From Stegostoma tigrinum (taxonomy: Eukaryota), in the NCBI RefSeq assembly GCF_030684315.1, contig NC_081385.1:19373247-19437246 (forward strand): a stretch of DNA of 64,000 nt. The letters are read 5' to 3'. This document shows, one piece after another, positions 12,252-25,254 of the stretch (the stretch's first letter is position 1; each line of letters begins with the position of its first letter). Made by a program: the position numbers and the translations under genes. The notes below the pieces were generated by a model. That model did not search any database and had not been told where the DNA came from. It saw only the letters and a program-made list of their open reading frames with translations.

Positions 12252-15075
12252 TCATGTCCACTTACCTGACCACTCACAATAACACTTAATTCCTTTACTG
12301 TTCAAACATTTATCTAGCCTTGTCTTAAAAACATTCAGCGAGGTAGCTTCAACTGCTTCATTGGGCAGGGAATTCCACAGATTCACAACCCTTTGGGTGA
12401 AGAAGTTCCTCCTGACATTAGTCCCACATCTGCTTCCCTTTATTTTGAGGCGATGCCCTCTAGCCCTAGTTTTAACTGCTAGCAGAAACAAACTCCCTGC
12501 CTCCACCTTATCTATTCCCTTTATAATCTTATATGTTTCTATAAGATCTCCCTCATCCTTCTGAATTCCAATGGTTATGACCCCAGCCTACTCACTCTCT
12601 CCTCATAATCCAGCTTTCTCAACTCTGGAATCAACAGAGTGAATCTCCTCTGCACCCCCCGCAGTGCTAGTATATCTCTTCTCAAGTAAGGAGACCAGAG
12701 CTGTACACAGTATACAAGCTGTGGCCTCACCAGGACCCTATACAGCTGCAGCATAGGCTCCCTGTTTTTAAACTCCATCCCTCTCGCAATGACAGACAAA
12801 ATTCCATTTGCCTTTTTAATTACCTGCTGTACCTGCAATCTCACCTTCAGTGATTCACGCACAAGGACACCCAAGTCCCCCTCACAGCTGCATGCTGCAA
12901 TTTTTTACCATTTAAAACATAGTCAATTTTACTGTTATTCCTACCAAAATGGATGACCTCACTTATCAACATTGTAGTCCATCTGCCAGACCTTTGCCCA
13001 CTCACTTGGACGATCTACATCCCTCTGCAGACTTTCAGTGTCTTCTGCACACTTTGCTCTACCACTCACCTTAGTGTCATCTGAAAATTTTGACAGACCA
13101 CACTTAGTCCTCAACTCCAAATCATCTATGTAAACGGTAAACAATTGCGGTCCCAACACTGATCCCTGAGGTATACCACTAGCCACTGACCGCCAACCAG
13201 AAAAACACCCATTTACACCTACTCTTTGCTTTCTACTGGTCAACCAATCCTCTATCCATGTCAATACATTGCCTGTAATACCCTGCAACTTTATGTTGTG
13301 TAGCAGCCTTTGGTGTGGCACCTTGTCAAATGCCTTCTGGAAATCCAGATACACCACATCCACAGGTTCCGCGTTGTCCACCATGCAAGTAATGTCCTCA
13401 AAGAATTCCACCAAATTAGTTAAACATGACCTACCCTTCATGAATCCATGCTGGGTGTTCCCAATGGGACAATTTATATCTAGATGTCTTGCTATTTCTT
13501 CCTTAATGATAGATTCAAGCATTTTCCTCACTGCCGAAGTTAAGCTAACTGGCCTGTAGTTACCTGCTTTTTGTCTACATCCTTTTTTAAACAGTGGTGT
13601 CACATTGGCTGTTTTCCAATCTGCGGAACCACCCCAGAGTCCAGTGAATTTTCGTAAATAATTAATAGTGCATTTGCTATTTCCCCCATCACCTTTATCA
13701 GTACCCTGGGATGTAATTCATCAGGGCCAGGAGACTTGTCTATCTTTAGCCCTATTAGCTTGCCCAGCACTGCCTCCTTAGCGATAACGATAGTTTCTAA
13801 GTCCTCACCTGCTATAACCTTCTTGCCATTAGTTTTCGGCATGTTATTTGTGTCTTCCACTGTGAAGACTGACACAAAGTAACTGTTTAATATCTCAGCT
13901 ATTTCCTCATTCCCAATTATTAAGTTGGCCTTCTCATCCTCTCAGAGACCAATGTTTACCTTCGTCACTCTTTTACGATTTACATATTTATAGAAACTTT
14001 TGCTACCTGTTTTTATATTCTGATCCAGGTTACTCGCATAATCTTTTCTTATCTTTTCTAATCATTACTTTTCTTTATAACTTTTTTTGTGGCTTTCTGT
14101 TGGCCTTTAAAGATTCCCCAGTCTACTAGTTTCCCACTACTCTTTGCTTTTTTGCATGCGCTTTTTTCAATCTGATACTTTCCTTTATTTTGTTAGATAT
14201 CCATGGCTGGCTCCCTCTTTTCCTACCGTTCTTCCTTATCACTGCTGAGCACAGTGAAAAATCATTTTGAGAGTCCTTCACTGTTTCTCAATTGACCCAC
14301 CATAAAGATTTTGCTCCCATTCTACCTTAGCTAACTCCTCCTTCACTCCTTCATCGTCTCCTTTGTTTAAGCACAGGACATAGGTACAATATTTAACCTT
14401 CTCACGCTCCATCTGTATTTTAAATTCGACCATTCTGTGATCGTTCCTTCTGAGAGGATCCCTAACTGTGAGATCAGTAATTATTCTTGTCTCATCACAC
14501 AGGACTAGATCTAGGATAGCATGCTCCCTTGTAGGTTCCATTACCTATTGCTCAAGGAAATTATTGCAGATGCATTCTATGAACCCCTCCCCAAGGCTAC
14601 CATGACCGACCTGGTTTGACCAATTAATACGTAGATTAAAATCCCCCATGATAATTATTGTACAATTTTTACATGCATTAGCTATTTATATGTTTATTGC
14701 CCACCCCACCATAATGTCATTATTTAGTGGCGTATAGATTATACCTATCAGTGACTTCTTCTCCCTCCTATTCCTAATTTCCACCCAAATGGATTGAAAT
14801 TTTCTTCAGTAGAACCTATATCAAGTCTTACTACAGCCCTGATAGCAACCTTAAAAATCAGAGCAGCACCACCTCCCTTACCTTCGTGTCTGTCCTTCCG
14901 AACAGTTTGATACCCCTGGCTATTTAACTCCTAGTCATGACCATCCTGTAATGCCCCTTATATCATACCCATTTGCCATGATTTGCACTGTCAACTCACC
15001 CACCTTGTTTCGAATGCTCAGAGCATTTAGATAAAGTGCCCTTATGCCAGTTTCTGCACCTTCTTTTTGGGTCCT
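12252..15075 (-). pseudogene. CR1 ORF2 (APE endonuclease + reverse transcriptase), frameshifted
   Basis: ORF pieces 14935-15183, 14278-14541, 13600-13875, 12959-13603, 12575-12874, 12252-12506. Confidence 0.9.
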
Positions 15076-15275
15076 ATTACCTCCATTCCTAACAGCTCTT
15101 GAGCTCTCCTTCCCTTTAACTTTTTTCCTAATTTTCAAAGGAGTTGAAGCTTCCTTGTCAACTGCTAACCTGTTGCTTTGCATTACTTTAATTGTTATTG
15201 TCCCTCTACTCTCACTTCTCCCTTCCCCCCTACTTACTACATTAAAGTCCTGTTAACCACCCCATTTACAATTTT

Positions 15276-15926
15276 CAATAGACAATAGACAATAGACAAT
15301 AGACAATAGGTGCTGGAGTAGCCATTCGACCCTTTGAGCCAGCACCACCATTCATTACGATCATGGCTGATCATCCACAATCAGTATCCTGTCCCTGCCT
15401 TATCCCCACAACCCTTGATTCCACTGTCTTTAAGAACTCTGTCTATCTCTTTCTTGAAAGTATCCAGAGAGTTGGCCTCCACTGCCTTCTGGGGCAGAGC
15501 ATTCCATGTATCCACTACTCTCTGGCTGAAGAAGTTTTTCCTCAACGCTGTTCTAAATGGCCTACCCCTTATTTTTAAACTGTGTCCTCTGGTTCTGGAC
15601 TCACCCATCAGCGGAAACATGCTTCCTGCCTCCAGAGTGTCCAATCCCTTAATAATCTTATACACCTCAATCAGATCCCCTCGCATCCTTCTAAACTCAA
15701 GTGTATACAAGCCCAGTCGCTCCAATCTTTCAACATATGATAGCCCTGCCATTCCGGGAATTGACCTTGTGAACCTACGCTGTACTCCCTCAATAGCAAG
15801 AATGTCCTTCCTCAAATTTGGAGACCAAAACTGCACACAATACAGCTGCAGAAGGACCTCTTTGCTCCTATACTCAACTCCTCTTGTTATGAAGGCCAGC
15901 ATTCTATTAGCTTTCTTCACTGCTTG
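15276..15926 (-). mobile_element. young 5'-truncated CR1 nested at the end of host CR1 ORF1
   Basis: (CAATAGA)n tail at 15276-15308; open RT C-terminus QAVKKANRMLAFITRG...FFSQRVVDTWNALP. Confidence 0.92.
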
Positions 15927-16837
15927 AACACTGGGCCCAGCCCTGTTCAGGTGGAGTCCATCCCAGCGGTATAGATCTCTCCCGACCCAGAACTGATGCC
16001 AGTGCCCCATGAAAAGGAAACCCTCTTTCCCACACCACTCTTTTAGCCACATCTTTACTTCCCTGATCCTCGCCTCCCTATGCTGATTTGCATGTGGCTT
16101 GGACAGCAATCCAGAGATTATGACCCTTGAAGACCTGTTTTTTAAATTTTGTTCCTAGCTTTTCATAATCCTGAAACATGTTGTTTTCCCTCGTCCTGCC
16201 TATTTTGTTGGTACCTACATAGACCACAACAACTGGGTTCTCCCCCTCCCTCTCTAACATCCTCTCAAGCTGGTCAGAGATGTCTCGCACCCTGGCATTG
16301 GGCAAGCAACACACCATGTGGTGTTCTCTATCCTGCTCGAAAGGACACTGTCTACCCCCTGATGATGGAATCCCCTGCAACTACATTCTGTCTTTTTGCT
16401 CCCCCCTCTTCAATGGCCTCCTGGACCATGGTGCCATGGTCAGTTGTCTCATCCTTCCTTTAGCCCTGTTCCTTATCCACGCAGGGAGCAAGTACCTCAC
16501 ACCTGTGGGACAATGTGAAGGGCTGTGGCGCCTGTGTTCTTGTCTGCAGGGTCCCGCTACCTGCCTCAATCTCAGTCACACACTGCTATCCCTGCCCGCC
16601 GATCGAAATAACATTAGTTAATCTACTAGGTGTGACTGCCTCCTGGAACACAGCATCCAGGTATTTCTCCCCCTCCTGGATGTGCTGCAGTGTTTGGAGT
16701 TCGGATTCCAGCTCATCAATTTTGATCCCGAGCTCGTCAAGCAGCCAACACTTACTGCAGATGTGGTTGCTGCCATTCTCAATGCTATCAGCTAGCTCCC
16801 ACATCATATGGTTTCAACACATCACCTGGCCTGCCAT
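15927..16837 (-). pseudogene. CR1 ORF1 (N-terminal Cys motif, coiled coil, SGNH/GDSL esterase-like domain)
   Basis: MAGQVMC..MWE..HICSKCWLLDELGIKIDELESEL; VCCLPNARVRDI..VVVYVGTN; WLKEWCGKEGFLFMGHW..DGLHLN (esterase DxxH block). Confidence 0.85.
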
Positions 16838-18699
16838 CTCTACTTAGTTAATTATTTATTTAAAATTAATTAGTTTTTTTTTAGTTTTGCAGTGTTCACT
16901 GCACCAGTAAGTTTACTCCATTATATACTCAATCAGATTCTGGCTTTGCCTTCTGACCTGCTCCCAGAGGATGTGGCGTCTAGGTGACCACCCGGAAAGA
17001 CAACAAAGAGATGAGGGAAAAAAATGCAAATAGCTTACCTGCTCACCACACTTAGTCATTATTATTAGGTTAGAGGAGGCGGAAGGGTGGGAGACACTAT
17101 GCGTGTAGTGTCTTGGGTATTAGTTAACTCCCAAATTTATTGTGTGGAAGCTTACCTTCCCCAGCTGCCCTGTGCTTTCTCCCGCTGCTGAAAGCTACTG
17201 AAAGGCTGCAGTCACACGAGGTAAGACTGTTATAATTGAGAAGCTTACCTTCCCAGATTGCCCTCACACTTTCTCCCAGACTCCCACCACAGAAAACAAC
17301 TATTACCGTTAGTAGCTTCACCCATTCTGCAGATACCACACAGTCTATGGTGCAGACAAGAAGTTACACTCTAGCTTTCAGAGAGATCAGATGTATATCA
17401 GCTCCTTAAAGCCCTAGCAATCACGACAGATTAAGATTAGTTGTGCTTATAAATACCAGGCAGTAAACGATCTATCTAAGAAAACTGTTACTTCCGTAAT
17501 TACTCTACAGTGGTATATTTTCTACCACTGATCATGAGATAGATCCAAGGCAAAGGAAAAACAAAGGAGGATCGGTGCCAGCAAACAGTCACAAACATGC
17601 TACTGGAGCACAGTCGTCATCTGGGAAAATGCCACACTTGGATGGTGCAATGTTTCCCAAGATGATTCAAAATCACAGTTGACTGAAACGTCTTTATGTA
17701 ATTAACTGTACAGTTTAGAGTTGCTTAGTCTGATAGCTGCTAATATATCAGGCTCTGCAAAGGCAATTCTTTCCCAAAAATACACCATCTGCATAACATT
17801 TAAAAAATACATTTTGTACAAATTCAAAGTTGCAAAGTAAGTCAGCTTCCTATAACAGTGTGTATTTCTTACTGCATTCACAATTATAGTTAACATTTGT
17901 AAGATTCATTAGATGTCAAGCATACAACTCAAGGGATTTTACCCAGTTTCCAGCCCCTTGATATCTGAGCACTGGCCTTCTTTTTATTCCAAGGTTCTAC
18001 TGATGCTAATAGAACTATTTATTTGGCATCACACCTGCCCACTCGTGGCATAAGTGCTTTCAAGCTTCTATTATATAGAGGTATTTACTTTCCAGCTGAA
18101 GCAATGGTCAATTTTTAACTTTCAAATTAAGTCCATTCTAATAAGGGTTCTACCAAATACATTTGAAATGCATGTAACACTCATTCTTCAGGTACAAGAA
18201 TATTTGAATAATTATTTGCAATTCCAAGGGTAAATTCTGAATGTTGTAGGAGGTGAATTAGAGGCAGGTGGAAAGCAGGTTAAAAAATGGAGCAGCTCAG
18301 CACTTGTGAGATGGCTATCGTTGATGAGATGAATGTGGACACTTATATAAGTTACAGTTTGATCGTACATATTAAAAATGTGTAGGCCACATTTAAGGCT
18401 GGAAATCTAAGCCTTTTGCTGCATAATGGCTACAGGCAGATTCCTTCAGATGGAGAGTGGTTCTATAAGTCATAAATGGCAAAATTGCTTTAAAGGAGCA
18501 GCTCGGTTATTTGGCAGTGGCATATAATGATGAGAAATTCAATGTGTTAATTCTGTTTTACTCATTTTCCAGGCTAGATCTATGATTCTTTTAGCCGTTG
18601 CCAGGTAACAAAATGTTTTTGTCGACTTAATATGGGGCTTTGTGTTTATATCCTGCTGGTTGCATGCATTAGAATCCTGGACAATATAATCTCAAATTT

Positions 18700-18862
18700 A
18701 AGCCAAAAAAACTACGAATGCTGTAAATCAGAAACAAAAGCAGAGTTGCTGGTAAAGCTCAGCAGTTCTGGCAGCATCTGTGAAGGAGAAAACAGAGTTA
18801 ACGTTTCGGGTCTGGTGACCCTTCAGGGTGAGCTTTTCCAGCAACTTTATTTTTGTTGCGTG
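18700..18862 (-). mobile_element. Penelope-like fold-back mini-insertion (subfamily B)
   Basis: Antisense pLTR end (GTTAACGTTTCGGGTCTGGTGACCCTTCAG) followed by inverted GAGCTTTTCCAGCAACT arm; TSD-like TAATCTCAA(A)TTT at 18687 and 18863. Confidence 0.75.
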
Positions 18863-19061
18863 TAATCTCAATTTTGTTGCTAATTGGCCATTAATCATAT
18901 GATTGACATTTAATATCTGATCTCTCTCATGAGATTAAAAAATAGAAGCAAGTCGAGAAAAGTGAAGATCAGAAAATCAGATGATGGAGTGAATATTGCA
19001 GTGCAAAAAAAATGAAGTAAATCCAGTAATAATGTTACCATATTAATCAACCTGGCATGTA

Positions 19062-19168
19062 TAGAGATAGCAAGAACTACAGATGCTGGAGTCAGAAATA
19101 GCAAAGTGTGGAGCTGGAAGAACGCAGCATGCCAGGCAGCATCAGAGGAACAGGAATGCTGACATTTC
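19062..19168 (-). mobile_element. Penelope-like pLTR fragment (subfamily A)
   Basis: GAGATAGCAAGAACTACAGATGCTGGAGTCAGA...CAGCATCAGAGGAACAGGAATGCTGACATTTC; stops at the hammerhead GAAA. Confidence 0.75.
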
Positions 19169-19362
19169 CATAAGGCCACAAGACAAAGGAGCAGAATTTA
19201 GGCCATTCAGCCTATCGAGTCTGCTCTGCCATTCAATCATGGCTGATAAGTTTCTCAACCCATTCTCCCCCTTTCTTGCCATAACTTTTGATGCCCTTGA
19301 CAATCAAGAACCTATCTATCTCCATCTTAATTATACTCAATGACCTGGCCTCCATAGCCTTC
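19169..19362 (-). mobile_element. CR1 3' terminal fragment
   Basis: CATAAGGCCACAAGACAAAGGAGCAGAATTTAGGCCATTCAGCC...ATCATGGCTGAT, homologous to the CR1 3' ends at 12158 and 15276. Confidence 0.75.
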
Positions 19363-20556
19363 TATGCATTATGTGTTATTAATGCTAATCTGCAAGGTTT
19401 CCTTTTATGTCTATCTGCCTTGTTCAGGGTCATCATTAAAATATCTTCATAACACTGTGATGTGTTTTTGCCTATACAAATGACTAAGGCAATTGTATTC
19501 TTAGTTACCTGTTATAATTTTCGGTTTGAACAAGAAAATGAGACAAGGTGCCCAGTTATTCTACACACTGCCAGCCACACAAATAGATCACTCACCTTTA
19601 CATTCTCTCTTGCTTTGAAATATTTTATCCTGATGAGAATAACATCTGGTGTTTGGTGCAGTTCCTTATCCGTGGCTCAGGTCATACATTCCATTGCTCA
19701 GGTCCCGAACTCTGGACTACAGCATTGATACAGGATACCTCAGCTATCCAGTAAAACTGAAATTAAGGGTGAAGTTTTAGAATTATATCTATGATTAGAT
19801 CTGACGCGTCCTAGATACCCAGTACCATTTGACTAAAATTAGCTTTGACAACCAATTTACTTGGCCAACACTTCGTGACAATATCGATGACTCATCCAAT
19901 GGGGACAGATCTGCTGCTGCTTTGGCTTCCATACATCAAAGAATCACCCCGGTACCATTCATCCAAAGTAGAAATTAAATTCTTACCCAGTCCTTTTAGA
20001 CCATAAACTGTTGAAATATCAAAATGTCTTGCAATTGACAACGTTAATCCATGCTTGGGAGAATAATGTTTAATTGAACATTCTGCATATCCTAACGTTT
20101 TGATAAAATCTCTTCCACCTATGATTTTATCATTTACCTCTACAGAACATTAGTAAATGTCTAACTGTTGATGACTCAATTATTCCATTAGTAATGAACC
20201 AACATTTCAAGCATCAAATGCGCTTTGTAGATTCTATGACACCACATGCTTCAGTTGTAAATCATAGAAGATAATGAAAACTCACAATATCGTTGTAGCT
20301 ACTTAAAGACACAGATTTTTTTGTTGCATTTCTCTCCAATGTGGTCACACATATTTTTTGACACATACCTTTATTTCGATGAAAGATCTGTGGCAGACCA
20401 TGGTTGGTCGTACTAACTAAGTTATTTTATTTTACATTATTTCCATATGTACAACATTCCTTGTGCGGATATAGTTTGTGTATCTGCTGCAAATCAGCCA
20501 TTTCAGCCTCAGATTTAATTGGGATCACACAATATCATGTATCAAGGCACAAAATA

Positions 20557-20870
20557 GGGAGGCAGCAGCATGGTGTATTATCACTGGACAAATAATCCAA
20601 ATGCTATGCCAACGATCTGGGGTCAAGAGTCCAAACTCCACCATGGCAGATGGTGATTTGAATTCAGCAACATCTGGAATTTGCTACTTTAATGTTAGCG
20701 ATTGTTGATTGTCATAAAAATCCTTCTAGTTCCCTGATGTACTTCAGTGAAGCGAAGCTGCCAGCGTTACCTCTGTGTGACGTCAGACTCACAGCAACGT
20801 TGACATCTAACTGCCCTGTGGCCAGTAGGGATGTCTGATATTCAGCATGCTGACATTGTGTCACTTTTTT
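20557..20870 (+). mobile_element. tRNA-headed SINE, degraded
   Basis: CCACCATGGCAGATGGTGATTTGAATTCA and CAGACTCACAGCAACG blocks shared with 2013-2207/5226-5385 and 45745-46093. Confidence 0.7.
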
Positions 20871-22219
20871 TCAAATGTACCATAAAACAAAATGGAAATT
20901 ACTGATTGAATTCTTGGGATGATGTTTGCCAGAATGGAATCTTCCAACACTCCAAACCGATTTGCCCAGAATAAAACTGCTTGTGTCTGCACTCTCTACT
21001 GTGCCTTGCATTCTAGATCTCTCCTATAAAGATCCATGACACATCTGGTGATACATTACAACCAAATCTTGGATGTTAATGTTTCTCGGGTCTCTGACCA
21101 ACTTACTTGACCAGTTTGTAGTAAGTGTTTCAACCATAATGATGACATTTATCTTGGCAATTCTGCTATAGTGAGCACAATATATTTCTCTTTTTGTAGG
21201 CAGATTTGTAAACATTGTGCATCAATGTTATTTTAATTAGTTGTTACTGTTGATCCACAAATTCTGTACACTCTGCAAAAGACTCTGTTTTATTCATCAA
21301 TATCTATATTTAATGATATCTAATGATTATTGGGCAGAGTGATCAGGTAATACATCTTCCACCAGTGAAATGTATTGTCTTATGATGGCTAACTGATGTA
21401 GAATGACAGATGGCTTTTTCTTCCAAGTTGTTTAAAAATGTATAAAAAAAAATTAAATGTACAATATATTACTTTCGAGTAATCTATACAACAAAGATTA
21501 TGAACTCCAACGAGCTAAACACCAACTTTACAATTTCCAAACTTACAGACTTCATAAGAAACTGGCACTCTGTGAAAATTTGAAATGGCCAAAGGCTAAT
21601 AAACGTAATGCCCTGTGTTTGTTTGAGAATTGAAAAATAAGATAAATTAGACAATGCAAGACATAGAAGAAAGTCACTGTTTATGTGGTTCGACTCCAGA
21701 TATTGTATTCACAGGACTTCATTACTGAGTGTCAATGCCCACCAAACTATCAGAGTTTGACTGACATCACAAGGAAACTTCCTGTTAGAAAGAGTATTTT
21801 TTTAGAAGCTGTTCTGAGGTGTGCAGTGTAGTTTATGAATGAAAAAAAAACACCTGCTACCCAGCCTTCCACCAAAATGCAACTTGACCATTTCTAGTTT
21901 TTCTCCTCCCTTGCAGTTTGATTCATTCGCTCAGCAATTTTTGTACTCTTCTGGTCTTTTATGCCTTGAATCTCCCTGCGATGCTCTCCACAGATAAGCC
22001 ACCTCTGTTAATAATTATCATCTAATGGGAGCAGACTTTCCTTTCTTACATTTTGACAATTAAATTTATACAAAACACAGTGGAAAATGGGATGAAGAGT
22101 TCCAACTGTACTGAGCCTTTGTCAATCAACTTAAATGGATTAAAGGTAAATTGTCTGATGACTATTTCATGATTAAGCACCAGACAGGCAAATCCCAATG
22201 ATATATCTTCCTCCAAAAT

Positions 22220-22782
22220 AGTATCAGAGATAATGGGAACTGCAGATGCTGGAGAATTCCAAGATAATAAAATGTGAGGCTGGATGAACACAGCAGGCCA
22301 AGCAGCATCTCAGGAGCACAAAAGCTGACGTTTCGGCCCTAGACCCTTCATCAGAGAGGGGGATGGGGAGAGGGAACTGGAATAAATAGGGAGAGAGGGG
22401 GAGGCGGACCGAAGATGGAGAGTAAAGAAGATAGGTGGAGAGAGTATAGGTGGGGAGGTAGGGAGGGGATAGGTCAGTCCAGGGAAGATGGACAGGTCAA
22501 GGAGGTGGGATGAGGTTAGTAGGTAGATGGGGGTGCGACTTGGGGTGGGAGGAAGGGATTGGTGAGAGGAAGAACCGGTTAGGGAGGCAGAGACAGGTTG
22601 GACTGGTTTTGGGATGCAGTGGGTGGGGGGGAAGAGCTGGGCTGGTTGTGTGGTGCAGTGGGGAGAGGGGACGAACTGGGCTGGTTTAGGGATGCAGTAG
22701 GAGAAGGGGAGATTTTGAAACTGGTGAAGTCCACATTGATACCATTAGGCTGCAGGGCTCCCAGGCGGAATATGAGTTGCTG
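22220..22782 (-). mobile_element. 5'-truncated Penelope-like retroelement (subfamily A), 12-bp TSD
   Basis: Near-identical to 9581-10141; EQQLIFRLGALQPNGINVDF; TSD TTCCTCCAAAAT at 22208-22219 and 22783-22794; hammerhead motif 22325-22354. Confidence 0.92.
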
Positions 22783-23913
22783 TTCCTCCAAAATCCTTGT
22801 TTTGCCCTCTTTACTCCACTCCGAGTTGTATTTATCTTCTCATCTCCATTTCTGACATTTGAAATGACTTAACCTATCTATTCCCTTCAGTTGCTGAAGG
22901 TCTGTGTAATTCCAAGTGTTTGCTTTTCAGCATCAATTTTATACAGCTATAGTATTTTTTAAAAAGTCATAAAAACAATTGACAGTTTTTCTTTCGTCAG
23001 ATAAATCATGCAAATTAAAAATAGTCCGCAATCTCTTATTGAGTCTAGTGATTTTATTTCATAATAATATATTCTGGAATTGTTCCCAGTCTTTAATAAT
23101 TGAAAGCATGAATGACTGCAATAGGAAGATTTGCTTGATGACCAAAAGTTGCACACCAGGGTCTAATGATATGTAGGAGAATTAAAGCATTGTAGAAATT
23201 AAGTTGATAGGATAGGTAGTGGCAAATGGAATATAATATGCGTAAACACAAATTAATGTACATTGGTGCAGATTAATTAGCATGCTCATACATACTACAT
23301 GAATGTCAGGAGCTAAAGCGTAGAAAATATTGTGCATATGAAGAAAAATATCTGGCCAATGCAAACTTTTTATTAACATAATCATGTATTCAGATGGGTC
23401 TGTTAGACGTATGATCAGCTGGAAAAGATTATCATAACCCTGTGTAATTTCATCAACAAGGTTACTCTTGGAATATTAAATTAAATTTTCCACCTGATTT
23501 CCTCTCACACAGAACTTTGTCTGCCAAGGGCACCGATCAGGATTCATACACATATGGTCCTGTGGGTTTGTGTCCATTACTTCTGTCAGATACAGAAGCA
23601 TGGGTTACGTAATCAACATTTGCATTCCTGGCAAGAGGCACTTCATTCCAGAAGCATGCAAGTGATAAATATGCCATATTTCATACCACGCAGATCCCTT
23701 ATCTTAGTCAGGAGATTGATGGCACTTGAAAAATAGTAAAGGTGAATTAAATTTGTTAGGCAAAAAGGAGATAAAAACATGTAATTGACACAAGTATTAA
23801 AATACTGAAAACCATTGACAATGTAATCAGTTTGATGAAAACCATAAAGAGGACATTGGTGTAACATCTGCAGATGAGATGGAGGTGCTCAGAAAAATGT
23901 CCACAGCTACCAA

Positions 23914-24119
23914 GAGATAGTAAGAACTGTCGATGCTGGAGTCTGAGATAACACAGTGTGAAGCTGGAGGAAAAGAGCAGGCCAGGCAGCATCAGAGGAG
24001 CAGGAAAGTTGACATTTCAGGTTGGGACCCTGCTTCAGAAAAAAAGGGTCTCAACCCGAAATGTCAACTTCCCTGCTCCATTGATGCTGCTTTGTTCCTC
24101 CAGTTCCACGTTCTGTTAC
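23914..24119. mobile_element. Penelope-like fold-back mini-insertion, 13-bp TSD
   Basis: TSD CCACAGCTACCAA at 23901-23913 and 24120-24132; two pLTR ends in inverted orientation meeting at the hammerhead core. Confidence 0.88.
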
Positions 24120-25254
24120 CCACAGCTACCAAACTGGCTTTGTGGAAAAAAAAACACCATTGGGTGGATTGCAGCTGTGGTCTTCTCTGGATACTGGCAG
24201 AGTGAGGTCATGAAAGTGTGGGTCTGAAATGTCCAACACCAAAAGGCTGCCACTTTTCATTGGCTGTGTTTGGTTACCTGATGGCACCTTTCTGCCAAAT
24301 AGAAAATTTGTTTCAATCAAGAAGCCTTAAAAAGCCTTTATATTACCATTACTGGCCAATAACTTCCTGTGGGGGTAATGTTTGAGCAGCTCTTCTTACA
24401 CAGATATAACACCAGATTATGATGCACCCATATGCAATGGATGCCAATGGTACATTGGTGATGCAGCTACAAGTGAAATATATTTTAAAGGGAGTACCAA
24501 TCATGTTAAATGAACACATTTGAAGCCATTAGGTTTTGTTAATCATTTAGCTGCTACCAATTGGGCTGCTGTGAGCCTTTCTGATAATTTATTTCTATGA
24601 GCTTTTTTATCTCGCTGCTACATTAGTGCTGCTAATGGATTTCCCATGTAATTATCCATATAAATAGGAGTCTTATAGCAAGGGAAATGACAACAGAAGG
24701 ATGGCTCATAGGTTAGGTTCAACAGAAGAGCTCTGCTCCTGTTCAGCCTCGTGTCTGTAAACACATAACTTATTTTGCCGAAGATTAGCGCAAGTAAAGC
24801 TTTCAAGATGAGCTATCATAGGACTCTTGACTAACCACAATCACAGTATCCCATTTTTTCCAATGGTACCACATGTAAAGGGACAGAGAAATCAACATCC
24901 CACATGGTCTAATTGGTTGCTTCTGTCAAAATGATGTCAAACATATCAGATGAAAGTGTTACACTTATCTGGCATTGACCACTGTGATGTCTTTGAAGCC
25001 TTCAGAAACAAAACTGCATCAGACTGAAACAGGTGGATTTTAAAATGCTAGCCAGGTCGGAGCTCGATAAGGGATCAATGTAGGTAGTGGAGTCCTGGAG
25101 GTCATCTTCAGATCCTATACCTCTAGAACAGTCTACAATTTTCAAAGTCAGGTTTGCGATGAGGGAACAGTGAACTCCATTACCTTTAATGAATGACCTG
25201 TGAGTTCTGGGTGATGCTCGACTCTGTAAATTAGGCACCACGCCTTCCCATGCT

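Larger units (their letters stand above)
12158..17300 (-). mobile_element. near-full-length CR1 LINE (5'UTR, ORF1, ORF2 EN+RT, 3'UTR), inactivated
   Basis: Colinear ORF1 (zinc-finger/coiled coil/SGNH esterase), EN (ALYLNALSIRNKVGEL; PTREHAILDLVL), RT (NYRPVSLTS, QHGFMKGRSCLTNL, PQGSVLGP, FSDD) and 3' end. Confidence 0.93.

Noticed and set aside
17511-17682. Possible terminal exon (GIFSTTDHEIDPRQRKNKGG...) after TACTCTACAG
   Set aside because: Weak pyrimidine tract, unrecognised peptide, length compatible with chance.
19596-19629. Minus-strand micro-exon ending at a strong AAG|GTGAGT donor
   Set aside because: Only splice-like signals; no recognisable peptide or partner exons.
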